Assembly: GCA_965198235.1 (NCBI GenBank)
Contig: OZ240248.1
Location: 736,001 to 800,000, forward strand
Origin: Candidatus Poribacteria bacterium
GTDB taxonomy: Bacteria; Poribacteria; WGA-4E; WGA-3G
Reading direction: 5' to 3'
DNA length: 64,000 bases
Below, piece after piece: positions 50,264 to 62,639 of this stretch; position 1 is the first letter of the stretch, and the number at the start of each line of letters is the position of its first letter. The notes beneath the pieces are model-generated. The model ran no database searches, was not told where the DNA came from, and saw only the letters and a program-made list of their open reading frames with translations. The position numbers and the translations under genes are program-made.

Positions 50264-51514
50264 TTAACGCTTTTCAATATCGTCGTCCGATTCAGGTGTT
50301 CCAACAGTGAAACGCTCTTTTTCCAGAATCGCCCGTTCCGTCAGGCGTGCGAGAGGATTGCCCTGACGCGTCTCTTGCCACTTTCCTGTCAATCCGATGA
50401 GAACAGCGTAACCCTGGTTCGCCTCACCGTCTTGACCAGACCCTTCACCGCCAGCAGTCTTCTCCGGTTGACTCCAGTTGGTATACGTGACAGGTTCGCC
50501 ATTACCCCAGTGTGGATTCTCCGTTTTTAAAGCGTCGGTCAGTCCAATCCAATAATTTTCTCGTCTAAAAACTTCAAGGAGCCATTCCTGTTCTGCCGCA
50601 TCGTTGATAGCAACGAGATGCGCTCCTTGTTCAACAGCGCGGGTGTGTGCCTCCTCACGGCTTTCGCAATAAATCCTTTTGTAGGCATGCCGGTTTTCAG
50701 GATTGATTGCCCACATACCCTGGCGATCACGGTTCCACGCCGCTTGAAAGCGTTCTCTGTCGGGGACGCGGGCGACTGCCCGATCAGGCTTCGGAGATGC
50801 CTTGCCGTCAAGGGTAAAGACGAGCTTATCGTGACGTTCCCCGTCTTTAAGCAATATCTCCTCGGATTCTGCCGACTGTCCCTGATATCCTACGGAGACA
50901 GTATAATAGGCAGGTTCCCTTACATATTCCACAAAGTAACCATCGGCATCGAGGGCTCTCGTGCCTCCACCACCCCCTTTGCCGCTGCCATCTATGTCGC
51001 GACGTTCTACCCTGATGCCAACTCGTTCATTGCGAAGTGGGGTGCCGTCGGCAGACAGGACGCGTCCGCGAATCCGCATTCTCGGACGAACGATTATCTC
51101 CACATCTTTGACATCTGCTCCCGGTGCAATAGCGAACGTGATACCACCAAAACGACTCTGCCGTTCATCGATATAGAAGGATACACCCTCAATTTTAACA
51201 GCGCGAATTTCATACGCTGCAGCACGAACGGGAAGTAACATCAATTGAACTGAAGGTGAAGTAATCTCGTTAATCAGGAACTCGCCGACTTCATTCGTTT
51301 CAGCTTGTTGAGAAGGAAGAAACACAGGTTCATCTCGGTCCTGAGGTGTGGTCACTCTGAATCCAGGCAGGGCTAACTCGATGCCAGAAACCGGCTTTCC
51401 CGCCTCATCAACAACACGACCGGAAAATGTCGTAGCCGCACTCTGGAGAGACAGTGAAAACAGAAGTACGATACTGCCGATAAAAGTTAGGGAAAGGACA
51501 TAAAAACGGCTCAT
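50264..51514 (-). CDS. Secreted beta-sandwich plus C-type lectin domain protein
   Basis: SGRVVDEAG, GAHLVAIND, YWIGLTD and TYTNW. Confidence 0.85.
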   Translation of the reverse strand: MSRFYVLSLTFIGSIVLLFSLSLQSAATTFSGRVVDEAGKPVSGIELALPGFRVTTPQDRDEPVFLPSQQAETNEVGEFLINEITSPSVQLMLLPVRAAAYEIRAVKIEGVSFYIDERQSRFGGITFAIAPGADVKDVEIIVRPRMRIRGRVLSADGTPLRNERVGIRVERRDIDGSGKGGGGGTRALDADGYFVEYVREPAYYTVSVGYQGQSAESEEILLKDGERHDKLVFTLDGKASPKPDRAVARVPDRERFQAAWNRDRQGMWAINPENRHAYKRIYCESREEAHTRAVEQGAHLVAINDAAEQEWLLEVFRRENYWIGLTDALKTENPHWGNGEPVTYTNWSQPEKTAGGEGSGQDGEANQGYAVLIGLTGKWQETRQGNPLARLTERAILEKERFTVGTPESDDDIEKR

Positions 51515-51862
51515 TGTGCTGGTCTCCTTTTGTAATTTCAAGGGTTTTGCTCAAAAAGGTTATTGTGCAGGAAACGCACGGAAAATGACTTCAGCCGCGC
51601 GACATCGAACCAAGTCATTGTGAAAATAATAACACGTCTGAGTGCTTGTGTCAATCTTGCGGATATTTAGGTCGAGGACCCATATAGTAGTAAACGATAA
51701 ACTTAAAGCCCCAGTTTACCATTCAATCGCTGTCAATGACCCTATTTTGCAATTGTTGACAAAATTTACGGAAAATGGTAACATAACATCAAAATTCACA
51801 AAACAATCCGTTTCAAGCGGCGAGGTGCTGCTTGCAAGCCCATATTAATCTGAGGAACCTTA

Positions 51863-52966
51863 ATGAAGATAACAAAATTGGAAACTTTCCTGGTGCAACC
51901 GCGCTGGCTCTTCCTTAAAATCCACACGGATGAAGGTTTAGTCGGACTCGGCGAACCAATTTTAGAGGGACGTGCGAAAACGTGTGCGCAAGCCGTTGAC
52001 GAACTTGCTCCCTACCTTATCGGTCAAGATCCGAGACGTGTTGTCCACCACTGGCAAGCGATGTATCGCCACGCATTCTACCGCGGCGGTCCCATTCTGA
52101 CAAGCGCATTGAGTGGTGTGGAACAAGCACTCTGGGATCTCGCAGGGAAGTCGCTGGGTGTCCCTGTCTATCAACTCTTCGGTGGACCGACGCGCGATCG
52201 CATCAGGCTATATAAAGGTGGTGGTGATCCAGACGGAATCAAAGAGTGGATTGATAAAGGGTTTACTGCTTTCAAAACAGGTCCTGCAGGCGGCAGACCC
52301 GCACGTATCATCGAAAACAAAGCCTTCATTGACAGAGCCGTGGATCACTTCGCAGCGTTGCGCGAAGCCGCAGGCACAGAAGTTGATCTCGCGATTGACT
52401 TCCACGGTGCAGTCAGCCCGCAAACCGCAAAAGTTCTGATTAAAGCGTTAGAACCTTACCAACCGATGTTCATTGAAGAACCGATTCAGTGCCAAAATGT
52501 GGACACCCTCGCCGAAATAGCGCGGAGTACCCACATTCCGATTGCGACAGGTGAGCGCGTGTTCACAAAGTGGGGTTTCCGTGAAATCTTAGAGAAACAG
52601 GCAGCATCTATCCTCCAACCTGACCTCTGTCACGCCGGGGGTATCAACGAGGTGCGCATCATTGCTGGTATGGCAGAAGCCTACTATGGTGGTATTGCCC
52701 CGCACAACCCTCTTGGTCCCATCTCCTTAGCGGCGTGTATTCAGTTAGATGCTTCTATCCCGAATTTTTTGATGCAGGAGCACACGACTCTCGGTGAAGG
52801 CTATCTCAAGAACCCCTTCGTCTTTAAAGACGGATTCGTTGAACTCCCCACCGGTCCCGGGCTTGGCATCGAACTCGATGAGGATGCGCTCGAAGACAAG
52901 ATTGATCACGACTGGCAGAATCCCGTGACGTACCACCCTGACGACGGCTCTGTTGTCGATTGGTAG
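51863..52966 (+). CDS. dgoD: Galactonate dehydratase
   Basis: PRWLFLKIHTDEG, FYRGGP, DFHG, IATGER, APHNPLGP and DGSVVDW; promoter TTGACA-17 nt-TAACAT at ~51756. Confidence 0.88.
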   Translation: MKITKLETFLVQPRWLFLKIHTDEGLVGLGEPILEGRAKTCAQAVDELAPYLIGQDPRRVVHHWQAMYRHAFYRGGPILTSALSGVEQALWDLAGKSLGVPVYQLFGGPTRDRIRLYKGGGDPDGIKEWIDKGFTAFKTGPAGGRPARIIENKAFIDRAVDHFAALREAAGTEVDLAIDFHGAVSPQTAKVLIKALEPYQPMFIEEPIQCQNVDTLAEIARSTHIPIATGERVFTKWGFREILEKQAASILQPDLCHAGGINEVRIIAGMAEAYYGGIAPHNPLGPISLAACIQLDASIPNFLMQEHTTLGEGYLKNPFVFKDGFVELPTGPGLGIELDEDALEDKIDHDWQNPVTYHPDDGSVVDW

Positions 52967-53181
52967 AGTAGTAGGCATGCTCCGATGTGCCATAAACCCG
53001 ATGGAAAAGAGCGGATTAAATTTTTAAAAGACTGTTCAGTTCCTTAATTGCTCTCGATGTAACCGAAAACCTGCTCGTAATGAAATTAGGTTTCCTTAAA
53101 TGGCATAATTTGTCTTTGCTTTACATGTGGAGGGGTTTTTGCTTGGGCGTTTCTTTAGCCCAGGAGTCCATAAATTAAAAT

Positions 53182-53982
53182 ATGAAGTTTATTATGTTCA
53201 CGAAACATCTGGAAGGTTTAGAAATTCCAGATATTATTACCGCGTTACAATCGGTCGGCGTGAGCGGTGCTGACTTATGTGTTCGTCCGGGCTATCCAGT
53301 GAACCCAGAAAACGCGACGGAAGCATTACCCGCCGCCGCAAAGCAGTTCGCCGCCGCAGGCTTGTCCATCCCACTTGTCACCACACCGGGTGATTTTCTC
53401 GACCCAAGTCAGGAAGATACGCGTCGTGTCTACGCCGCTGCAGGTGAAGCAGGCGTTGAAAATATCAAACTGGGATATTGGCACTGGCACGCAGAGGATG
53501 GCGGCTACTGGGCACAAGTCGATTTCATCCGTGAGCAATTGGACGGGTTTGCAAAACTCTCTGCGCAATACGGACCTCGGACATGCATCCATAACCATTC
53601 CGGGACCTCCATGGGGCTGAACTCATGTGCAGTGATGAACCTTGTAAAGGGGTTCGACGCGCAGCACGTCGGCGTTTTTGCTGATACAGGACATCTGTCG
53701 ATCGTCGGGGAACCGATTAACATGGCACTCGATATTGTCAAATCACATCTCGCAGTTATCGCCTTCAAGGATCTGGCGCGTTCGCCCGGAATGCGCGGCG
53801 GCAGAGTCGTCCGAATGGGAAACGGCTTTGTTGACTGGGAAACGGCAGTGAACACACTACAAACAATCGGCTTTTCAGGTCCCGTGAGTTTCCATAGCGA
53901 ATACAGTGGAGAGCCTGTGGACACCGTCATTGACCTTGCGCGTATAGATGTCCGATTCATTAGAAGTTTGATGGACAAATAA
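53182..53982 (+). CDS. Sugar phosphate isomerase/epimerase (xylose-isomerase-like TIM barrel)
   Basis: HNHS, DTGH, KD and HSEY. Confidence 0.85.
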   Translation: MKFIMFTKHLEGLEIPDIITALQSVGVSGADLCVRPGYPVNPENATEALPAAAKQFAAAGLSIPLVTTPGDFLDPSQEDTRRVYAAAGEAGVENIKLGYWHWHAEDGGYWAQVDFIREQLDGFAKLSAQYGPRTCIHNHSGTSMGLNSCAVMNLVKGFDAQHVGVFADTGHLSIVGEPINMALDIVKSHLAVIAFKDLARSPGMRGGRVVRMGNGFVDWETAVNTLQTIGFSGPVSFHSEYSGEPVDTVIDLARIDVRFIRSLMDK

Positions 53983-53993
53983 GGGAAGATAGA

Positions 53994-54809
53994 ATGGTAC
54001 AATTTCAATTAGGTTTAAATACAAGCACAATTCGGCCCGCCGGACTCATGGATAAGATTCAAATCGCTTCCGAAACCGGCTATTCAGCGATTGAACTATG
54101 GAATGATGATTTAACCGCTTACGAGGAAGAGGGTGGTTCGCTTACCGATGTCAAAAAAGCACTTGATGGCTACGGACTTTCGGTGCCTACCGTTATCGCC
54201 TTGCACGGCTGGCTCGATACGACCGGTGAGGAACATCAGGAAGCGATTGAAGAGGCGAAACGGCGGATGGCACAAGCCGCCGCTGTCGGCTCAACCTATA
54301 TCATCTCAAGTCCGCCGCGTGAAGTGGCAGATCTCCAATTAGGTGGCGAGAATTACCGAGAACTGCTTGAACTCGGACGCGAATTCGGCGTTAAACCTGC
54401 TATGGAATTTCTTGGCTTCGTCGATGGTGTCAATCAAGTCAAGCATGCGTGGGAAGTGATGGAAGTGGCAGATCACCCGGATAGTACGATTGTTCTTGAT
54501 CCGTTCCACATCTATCGCGGCGGTGGGGAGATAGAAGATATAAGGGGCATTCCCGGCGAAAAAATTGCTGTCTTCCACTTCAACGACGCGCCTGCGCAAC
54601 CCGCGCGCGAAGCACAATCGGATGCAGACAGGGTTTATCCCGGCGATGGCATCCTCGACCTCGGGCAGATGATCTCTATTCTGAAGGACGCGGGATACGC
54701 AGGTGTCATCTCATTGGAATTGTTCAACCCAAGTTATTGGGAACAAGATCCTGCAGAAGTCGCACGAATCGGGTTGGAAAAGATGAAATCTGTTCTGTCT
54801 GATTCTTAG
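53994..54809 (+). CDS. Sugar phosphate isomerase/epimerase (IolI-like)
   Basis: EFLG, DPFH, FHFND, DRVYPGDG and SLELFN. Confidence 0.88.
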   Translation: MVQFQLGLNTSTIRPAGLMDKIQIASETGYSAIELWNDDLTAYEEEGGSLTDVKKALDGYGLSVPTVIALHGWLDTTGEEHQEAIEEAKRRMAQAAAVGSTYIISSPPREVADLQLGGENYRELLELGREFGVKPAMEFLGFVDGVNQVKHAWEVMEVADHPDSTIVLDPFHIYRGGGEIEDIRGIPGEKIAVFHFNDAPAQPAREAQSDADRVYPGDGILDLGQMISILKDAGYAGVISLELFNPSYWEQDPAEVARIGLEKMKSVLSDS

Positions 54810-54944
54810 TCGGAATCCAGAAAGTACGAAAGCCAAAAAGCATATTGATTTTCCACGCGTATGTGGTATAATAATAGCAAGAACATTTTACATGTCTCCT
54901 CGCGCTTCTGAGTGGGAACTTTAAAATTAATAAGGAAAAGTTGA

Positions 54945-56055
54945 ATGACCTACGTTGACGGATTATTGTCATCGCTGACGCGCGTAAAAAAAGCACGTTC
55001 GTTACGCGCTTCTTCATGGGATACGACAGGCAGAAATAACGATGCATGGAATGTCGAACCCGGCGAAACCCGTGTTATCGCCGACATTCAAGGATCCGGC
55101 TGTATCAATCATATTTGGATGACACAGCCAAACGGTTATCGAAACGTCCTGATTCGGATGTTTTGGGACGATGAGGAACATCCAAGTGTCTTGTGTCCAT
55201 TAGGGGACTTCTTTGGACTCGGCAACGAAATTGTTAACTCATACGATTCCATTCCGTTCTCCGCTTCTACACACCAGAACAACCAGTTCAATACAGGTTG
55301 CGCGCTTAACTGCTACTTGCAGATGCCTTTTAACCGCGGCGCAAGGATCGAACTCGTCAACGAAGGTGATACAAGCCACCGCCAATACTTCTATATCGAC
55401 TATGAGCAGTACCCTGAGCCGCTCGACGATGATATTGCCTATTTCCATGCCCAATTCCATCGTGAAAACCCGTGTGATGGGTGGGGACATGAAATTCGCG
55501 TTAATACGCCGGAAGCCAATATTATCAACGCGGAACGGCTCGCGTGGGACAACAATTACCTGATTCTGTCCGCCGAAGGTAGGGGACACTATATCGGTTG
55601 CAACCTGTCGGTTACCAACTTTCAAGGCACGTGGTGGGGTGAAGGCGATGATATGATCTGGGTCGATGGCTATAAGTGGCCCCCAGATCTGCACGGCACA
55701 GGTTCAGAAGATTACCTCAACCAGGCTTGGGAAATGCAACAGAACGCTTTTGCACACAACGGTTCCTCTATCCACGAAAACAATACCGACGGTTACCAGA
55801 CCTCCTATGTCTATCACATTGAAAACCCGATCCGCTTTGAGAAAGAGATTCGGGTTACGATAGAGCACGGACACGGGAATCATCTCAGCAATGAGATGTC
55901 CTCTGTGGCATACTGGTATCAATTTGAACCGCATACGCCCTTCGATGTGCTACCTGTCGCTCAGCGCAAGCCCGTGCTGAAAGACGAATCTGGGGCATGG
56001 CAGATTGAAGCATCTGCCCAGACCCCCTCGGCGGAACTCGTGCTCAATGACGAGG
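54945..56055 (+). CDS. DUF2961 / GH172-like glycoside hydrolase, fused at ~56055 to an unrelated acidic sequence
   Basis: RASSWD, HIWMT, PLGDFF, WWGEGD, GTGSEDY, TIEHG and SVAYWYQ. Confidence 0.85.
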
Positions 56056-59000
56056 CTTGTATCGGAAATACGAAGGAAGAGACCGATCCATCTGCCGATG
56101 CACAGCAGAGTGACGAACACCAAACGGAATCGGAATTCGCAACTGACGATAATTCCACGAATGATGCTGAATCCACAGCATCAGATACCTCCGATACCCC
56201 GGTTTCTGAACCCTCAGAAATCGAAAACAGTCTTTTCGCGCTGTCTGAGTCGGAGGAAACACCCTCTGAAGACGATGTACCGTTTGTCGCTATAAATGAT
56301 GACAGTCCTCAAATACAACAAGACAGCGAAGCCTTACCTATCTCTATAGATGAAGAGACTCACGCCAGCGAGGACGACACTCCTGACACACCCAGCGCAG
56401 AAGAAACATCTGTCGTCGAGATCATCCCCCTTGCGCCGTCCGATAATGAAGCAACTGAGTCATCGGAAGACACCGATCCTGTTTCCGAAGATGAGACAGA
56501 ATTTGCAACGGAGATTGTAATATCTGAACAGGAAGGTGAGGGTACTATAGCGCAGCACGCGCAGGTTTCTGACGTTGAAGTCATAGCAACTGAAACACAG
56601 GAAACAGACGGAAGCGGCGATACTGAAACAGAAGCAACGATCTCTGAAGCAGAGCACGAAGCAACAACGTTAGAATCGGCATTATTGAAGAGATTTATGA
56701 CTTCGTGGAGATGTTTGGACAAAGCACCGTTTCCGGTACTGATCAGGCATCCGTTAGCGGAACAGATTATTCTGGCGGCGTGACAAAGCCCGCTATCTTT
56801 GACATCCAACTCCAACAGAAGCGGCAAAAATCGATTACACGCTGTCACTTCCGGATGTTGATGAAAAAGAGAAACTCTTCCTACATTTTTCCATTGGATT
56901 ACGGGATGGTGTTGTTTTTGACGACGCGGAGCGACAGCCGGAGGCGTAAAGTTCGCTATCGAAATTTTCGATCTTCTTAATACAGGTTTAGAAGCTGTAC
57001 CGGAAAGATGCTTCAAATCTGTATCGACCGAATGTCAATGGGTAGAAGAAAGCATCGAACTTACGTCCTACGCTGGCAAAGAGGTCGTCGTCTCATTCTT
57101 GACGGAATGCAACATAGAAGGCAATAGTAACTACGCGTGGGCTTTGTGGGGTAAGCCGCAGTTACGTAAACTCAAACAGACCCGCCTCCGGAAAGGGAAA
57201 AGGGACCCCGAACCCAAACTACGATGTGGAATTGCTGTCTTACACGCCAGCGATGGCAGGATGCAGCTACGTGAGTTTAGTCAATCCACGTCAACAACAG
57301 TTTCGGATTTAGCGAACATTTGTCTCGAGTCACACGAACCAGAAGAGTCTCCTGTCAAAATATCGCTTTACGCGGCACAGGCCGAAATTAGAATTGTGAA
57401 CGTAGGTGCGACGGCTGCAGTTGTCACTGCAGGCGAGATTTTGAAGTGCAATGTACGCTTCGGAATATCGGCACCGCGCCACTCGACAAAGCGGATACGG
57501 CGCGAATCTCTATCAACGGCATGAACTACGGCGTGGACGCCCCAGGCAAACCGTTAAAGAAATTGAACCGGGTGAAGAAGCCTCCGTCTTTTGGATAGCC
57601 CGCCGTTTCCCAAATCCGACTGTAGTCCCTATTTCTGTCTCGCTCAAATGTCAAACCTCAGCCAGGCGAAGAACGTCAAACAGCCCAAGAACACATTGTG
57701 GTTTTTCCTGAACCTCCTAAACTCGCTGCCAAAGTAGTGAAAGAACTACACACCTACACGGAAAATGGTAGCGTTGTGCTGGGAAATAAACACCTCCGCA
57801 TCGTTTTCGTCCGCGGTCCTGAACCAAGATCAGAAATCAATGACAAAAAGGTTGTTGAGAGGGGGTTTGAGTACTACATCATCTTTGCCGCAAAAGGCGG
57901 TAACTACCAGCACGTAGCAACCTTCCGGCACTCTCCGAGGTTGTCTACTTGGACGTATCACAAAACCGTCAAACGTCACAACTTGTGCCAACAGACTATC
58001 AACTTGCCGGGAACAATCAAGGGGAGTCGATTGTCCACCTAAGCGGCTCGGATACGGATGTAGATGGCGTTGCGTGGAATTATGAGATGCAATGGACGCT
58101 CAGCGAAAGTGCGACGCGGGTGGAAAACGGAATATCAGTTGCAAACGGATGGAACAGAGAACTTCTTGCCTTTCGGGGTCCGATGCTTTACGCCGGGCAA
58201 GGGCGTAATCGCGAAAAGAAAACGGCAGCACTTTTCCCTGGGCTCGAATTCTGGAAACGATGAACGTTCCTCAAGCACACGTGACGCAGCACCACCGTTT
58301 GATAACCGTCTTGTCCCGCATCCCTATAAAATCACAGTGCCAGTCATGGCAGTAGAGATGCAGAAATCAATGGTCGGCATCATCTGGAATCCTCTGGACA
58401 CTTGGGATGGTGAGAATCAGATGCTTTCTGCAGTATTCGCCTCGCCCAATTGGCATCAGTACCAGAAAAATCACGCTCTTGGGTGTATTCGTCCCGACTG
58501 TACCAGCATGGGTTCCAGAAAATCAGACAGAGGCTTCTATCCCGTATCCACTCATACCCGTCGCGTCCGGTGTCCATCAAAACTGAAATTATCGTGGATG
58601 GAAATGCCTCTTATCTTAGATGCCATAGCGCATTGGAATGATGCTTATGGTGCCCCTGAACCGTTATCACCACCCCGTAGCGACGAAGAAGAGGTCTTAC
58701 TTTCGCGGTGCGGGTTTATGCAGACTACATGGGACGCAGACGCTCGAAAATCCCGTCCACTGTGTGGACTGGGCACTTCACAATGAACCGGGTTTCGGCA
58801 CCCTGCTCTGGTACGATTATCTGGCTACAAAAGATGAACATGTGAAGGAACGGGTGTTAGAAAATTGCCAAAAACACCATAACCGAATCCGGAGCAGGCG
58901 GCTTGGCTGCACGCGGTTCGTGTCACATTTTAAGATGGGAATTCCCATTCTATATCGGTAATATCAATGCTGGATTATCTTACATGGAGGAAGAAACGCA

Positions 59001-60113
59001 GCAGCGCATTGCTACCCAAGCATCGGATGGAAGTTGGCGGTGGCACCCAACAGACGCGAAAACTGCTTCCCTCGGAAAGGCAGATGAAGCGGTGCTCGGC
59101 ACCTGTGCTGAATCAGCACTTCTACTTCTTAAACATGCTCGGATTACCGGAAATAAAACCTCGCGTGAAGCAGGTTTGAAAGCACTTAATTTCATTCAGC
59201 AATTCTCCGTGCCACGCGGTGCACAAATGTGGGAATGCCCAATGTATCAACCAGATGTTCTTGCGGCTGCTTACGCCATCGGCACTTATGTTGAGGCTTA
59301 CGAATTAACAGCAGAAAAAGAATATCTCAAACGCGCAACGTATTGGGCGGCAACAGCGTTGCCATTCCTCTACCATTGGCATCTCCCAGACCGACCCGGT
59401 ATGCAGTTCGCCTCAATCCCTGTTTTCGGTACGAGCTTCTACACGCATCCGTGGTTCGGTGTCCCTGTTCAATGGAACGGATTAGTTCTCGCCTATTACC
59501 TACAACGCTTGAACCGGCACACCGAAGATGACAGATGGCTTCAAATCGCTGAGGGTATTACGGCAAGTGCGATGTACCAACAGTGGGAAGACGGTGAGCT
59601 CAAAGGCACCTATCCCGATGGATTTTATGGCTTCTGCACTGAAGGCAGGGGACCACACTTGAACCCCGAAGATATCATGGTGAACTTTTATACACTCCGA
59701 GGGCTCGATCCTCGGAATAAAAACTGCTATTGCCGGGGAGATACCACCTCAGTTCCGGGGCGATGGTAGATGGACTTACCTTAACCGATAACGGGCAACT
59801 GAACTGGCAACTCAGCTATGCCGATAACGAAACGAGTTATACCCTTATCGTTGGTTATGGACGCGCGCCACAAGTACTTCGGACACGCTATCAGTTTTCA
59901 TCGCCGCCGGACGAGCCTCCAATTACTGATGCGGATACACCCGCTGACGATTCCGAATCCATCAACATACCGGGCAAATATGCAGAGACCGAGATTGCGG
60001 GTGTGCAAACGCTCGAAGATGTCGAATCCGGATGGCTTTATATCGAAGATAAGGACGCTATATTGGTAAAGTACCTGCACGCCGCCACGGATGTGCAGTT
60101 TGAGATTTTTTAA
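56056..60113 (+). pseudogene. Large multi-domain protein (acidic disordered N-region, beta domains, helical-barrel domain) broken by many indels
   Basis: Consecutive same-strand ORF fragments in alternating frames end at TDVQFEIF*. Confidence 0.6.
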
Positions 60114-60317
60114 ATTAACAGGCCTTCGTTTCTGCCCTCCTTGCGCAAGCCTATAGAGGCTTGCGGGACAATGTTTCGGGCAGGTTTTCGGTGAAGTCCA
60201 AACGAAAAGTAGAAGCATGTAATAGTTCCCAAACCCGCACAGAATTAACCAGAAACCATCGTGGAACGATGCTCAGAGGGACCTAGTAAAAAAACGAAAA
60301 ATAAGGAGATTATTAAA

Positions 60318-60656
60318 ATGGCTAAGAAGATTGTATTCACCACGCTTATCTTGGTTACTGCAGCAATTACTGCCTTTGTCCTATTTTCACATAACGCCGT
60401 TGCCCAATCTGACGCGGCTGCGTCTGGAGATGCTTCGATGGTAGATTTCAAAGCCTTGGGTGGTTTTATCATTGAAGGCATTGTTTTTAGCATCGTCGGT
60501 TTAATCATTCTGATGGTAGGCTACAAAGTCTTCGATATGGCGACCCCCTACGACCTAAACCGCCAGATTGCCGAAGAGAACAATACCGCTGCTGGCATTG
60601 CAGTTGCGGGTGTTCTCGTTTCACTCGGCATTATCGTCGCTGCAGCAATGGGTTAA
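60318..60656 (+). CDS. DUF350 family membrane protein
   Basis: KVFDMATPYDL..I.EENNTAAGI...GIIVAAA. Confidence 0.85.
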   Translation: MAKKIVFTTLILVTAAITAFVLFSHNAVAQSDAAASGDASMVDFKALGGFIIEGIVFSIVGLIILMVGYKVFDMATPYDLNRQIAEENNTAAGIAVAGVLVSLGIIVAAAMG

Positions 60657-60795
60657 TAGAAACTATTTTTATAGGCGTGCCATGCACGGGTACCTTATAA
60701 AAGGCTAAAGGCGCGGGCAGAAACCGCGCCTATAACCCGTGAGGCTGCTTTTATCTGCATCCACGGTCCTAAAAAACGACGGAGGGTGGAAAAAA

Positions 60796-61606
60796 TTGGC
60801 ACAAACAACCTATTTGGCAGATCAGGTTGTCAGTGAGGCACAAATTCAGGAATGGGTAGAGACATTCCACCAGCGAGGCTGCCTGTTTTTGCAAAACGTC
60901 TTGCCCCCTGATTTATGTGCGCAACTTCGACAAGATTTAGAGTGGGCACTCGAAAACGATCCGAATAGCTTAAATGGTGGAAGCCCCGCGGGTCGTATGC
61001 ACTTAAGCCATCGGATGTTTGAACACAGTGAAGCCGAATCGGCGATTGTTCGACCTTGAACCGATTGTCTCTTTCGCTGAAGCACTCGTCGCGGAAAACT
61101 GTCATGTTATTCACAACAATTCTTTCCAGACGTTCCCAGGAGGTGGCATCACATCGTGGCATCAAGACGATGCGCTACACTACATCGTAACAGACGGTGA
61201 ACCACCAAAGAATGTTCGGTTGCCGGTACTACTCTTTACGGCAAATTACTATCTCACTGATGTCACTGAAATTGAACACGGTGGCACAGAGGTTGTCCCA
61301 GGTTCACATCTTTTCGGTGCATCGCCTCCGAATCCGATAGAAGGAACGGAGTGGGAGGAAAAAATCCAGTACAATCTCGGAAAAGCGGGAAGCGTTATCA
61401 TGTTCAACAATCAGGTATGGCACCGCGGGGGTCCGAACCAGACCCAGCGCATCCGATATATCACACAAGTGACATACGGGCGCCGCCTTGTTGGGCATAA
61501 ATACTATCCATTTATGAACTACAATATGCCGGAGTCTGTTCACAAAAATGCGAGTCCCCGTCTGCGCCGGCTACTCGGCTTCCTCAACCACGGTGCCTAT
61601 GGGTAA
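60796..61606 (+). CDS. Phytanoyl-CoA dioxygenase (PhyH) family protein with one frameshift at ~61035
   Basis: WHQD, GGTEVVPGSH and WHRGGPN; the two ORF pieces join at EHSEA/NRRLF. Confidence 0.85.
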
Positions 61607-61666
61607 ATTTTCGCGCCACGCCGACAAACATAGCATGCCTGAGCAATTTGTTGCAAAGGATTGGAA

Positions 61667-62489
61667 ATGCATCAAGAATACCTGAAGGCATTCGCAGGGT
61701 AAAGCAGCGTCAGACGCGCATATTTTGGCAGCGTGGCTTGAAGGGAGTTTCGCAAAAGACACCGCCGACAGATATTCAGATATTGACATTCATCTATTGG
61801 TCGCCGAAGAGAATAAAGAAACTTTCCAACAGGAATTAGAATTTTGGCTATCCGATATTCAGTCGTTGGTTCTCTTCAAAGACACGTTTCCTGGACAGAT
61901 GATGACCTGCATCACAACAGCAGGCTTGCGAGTTGATGTTTGGTTACACACAGGGGATACAATTATCCTTGAACGTACTAAAGTTCATCTGGTGTCTGCC
62001 GCCGAAGGATGTATTCAATTCAAGGAAACGTGTAGAGACAAAGAATCAAAAGATGTTAGTTCGATACTAAAGCAGCATTTCAACGAGTTTTGGCGTGTGC
62101 TTGCTATTCTTCCTACAGTCTTGGGACGCGAGGAACGCATTGCAGGATTTATGGGGACTACATTTGTTGTAATGTCGCTGACAGAAGTACTCATCATAGG
62201 GAGTGGGAAGCAAAGAGACAGAGGTGTAAAAAATATTAATGCTTTTGTACCGCAAGTTCTCAGAGAAGAAATCGAAGATGCATTAACAATGCAAAGTATT
62301 AATAGAGAAGACATTGCAAAAGCACATCTCCGGTTAACAGCGATTATGCAACGGTACGGACCGAATATTGCAAAACAGTACGGAGTCGTTTATCCGTTGG
62401 CATTGGAAAAGGCTGTCCTTAATTATGTTTCCAGAGAACTACAGATATTAGGACTTTCTGATTGTTTAGATGAGTTACATAGGCTCTAA
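61667..62489 (+). CDS. Nucleotidyltransferase-domain protein with a frameshift near the 5' end
   Basis: WLEGSFA...DRYSDIDI polymerase-beta motif; extra G at ~61698. Confidence 0.75.
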
Positions 62490-62588
62490 ACTGCAGCGCG
62501 AATCAGGAAGTTTACTCCATCTATTGCCCGGTTTCCTGTGTGCTTGAAAAAAGTTCTCAAGCTGCCCAATCCGGTTGGAATTCACCAG

Positions 62589-62626
62589 AAACCATCGTGG
62601 AACGAAGTGGAACGATGCCCAGAGTT
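62589..62626 (+). repeat. Repeat family F (AAACCATCGTGGAACGAAGTGGAACGATG)
   Basis: Related copies at ~60252 and, on the minus strand, at ~39550-39590. Confidence 0.65.
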
Positions 62627-62639
62627 AATCATTAGAAAA

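Noticed and set aside
18977-51514. Diversity-generating retroelement acting on FGE or C-type lectin domains
   Set aside because: No reverse transcriptase and no template/variable repeat pair differing only at adenines was seen.
54945-56783. Genuine DUF2961 protein with an acidic C-terminal tail
   Set aside because: The acidic region continues through frameshifts into a different large gene, so it is better explained as a junction at ~56055.
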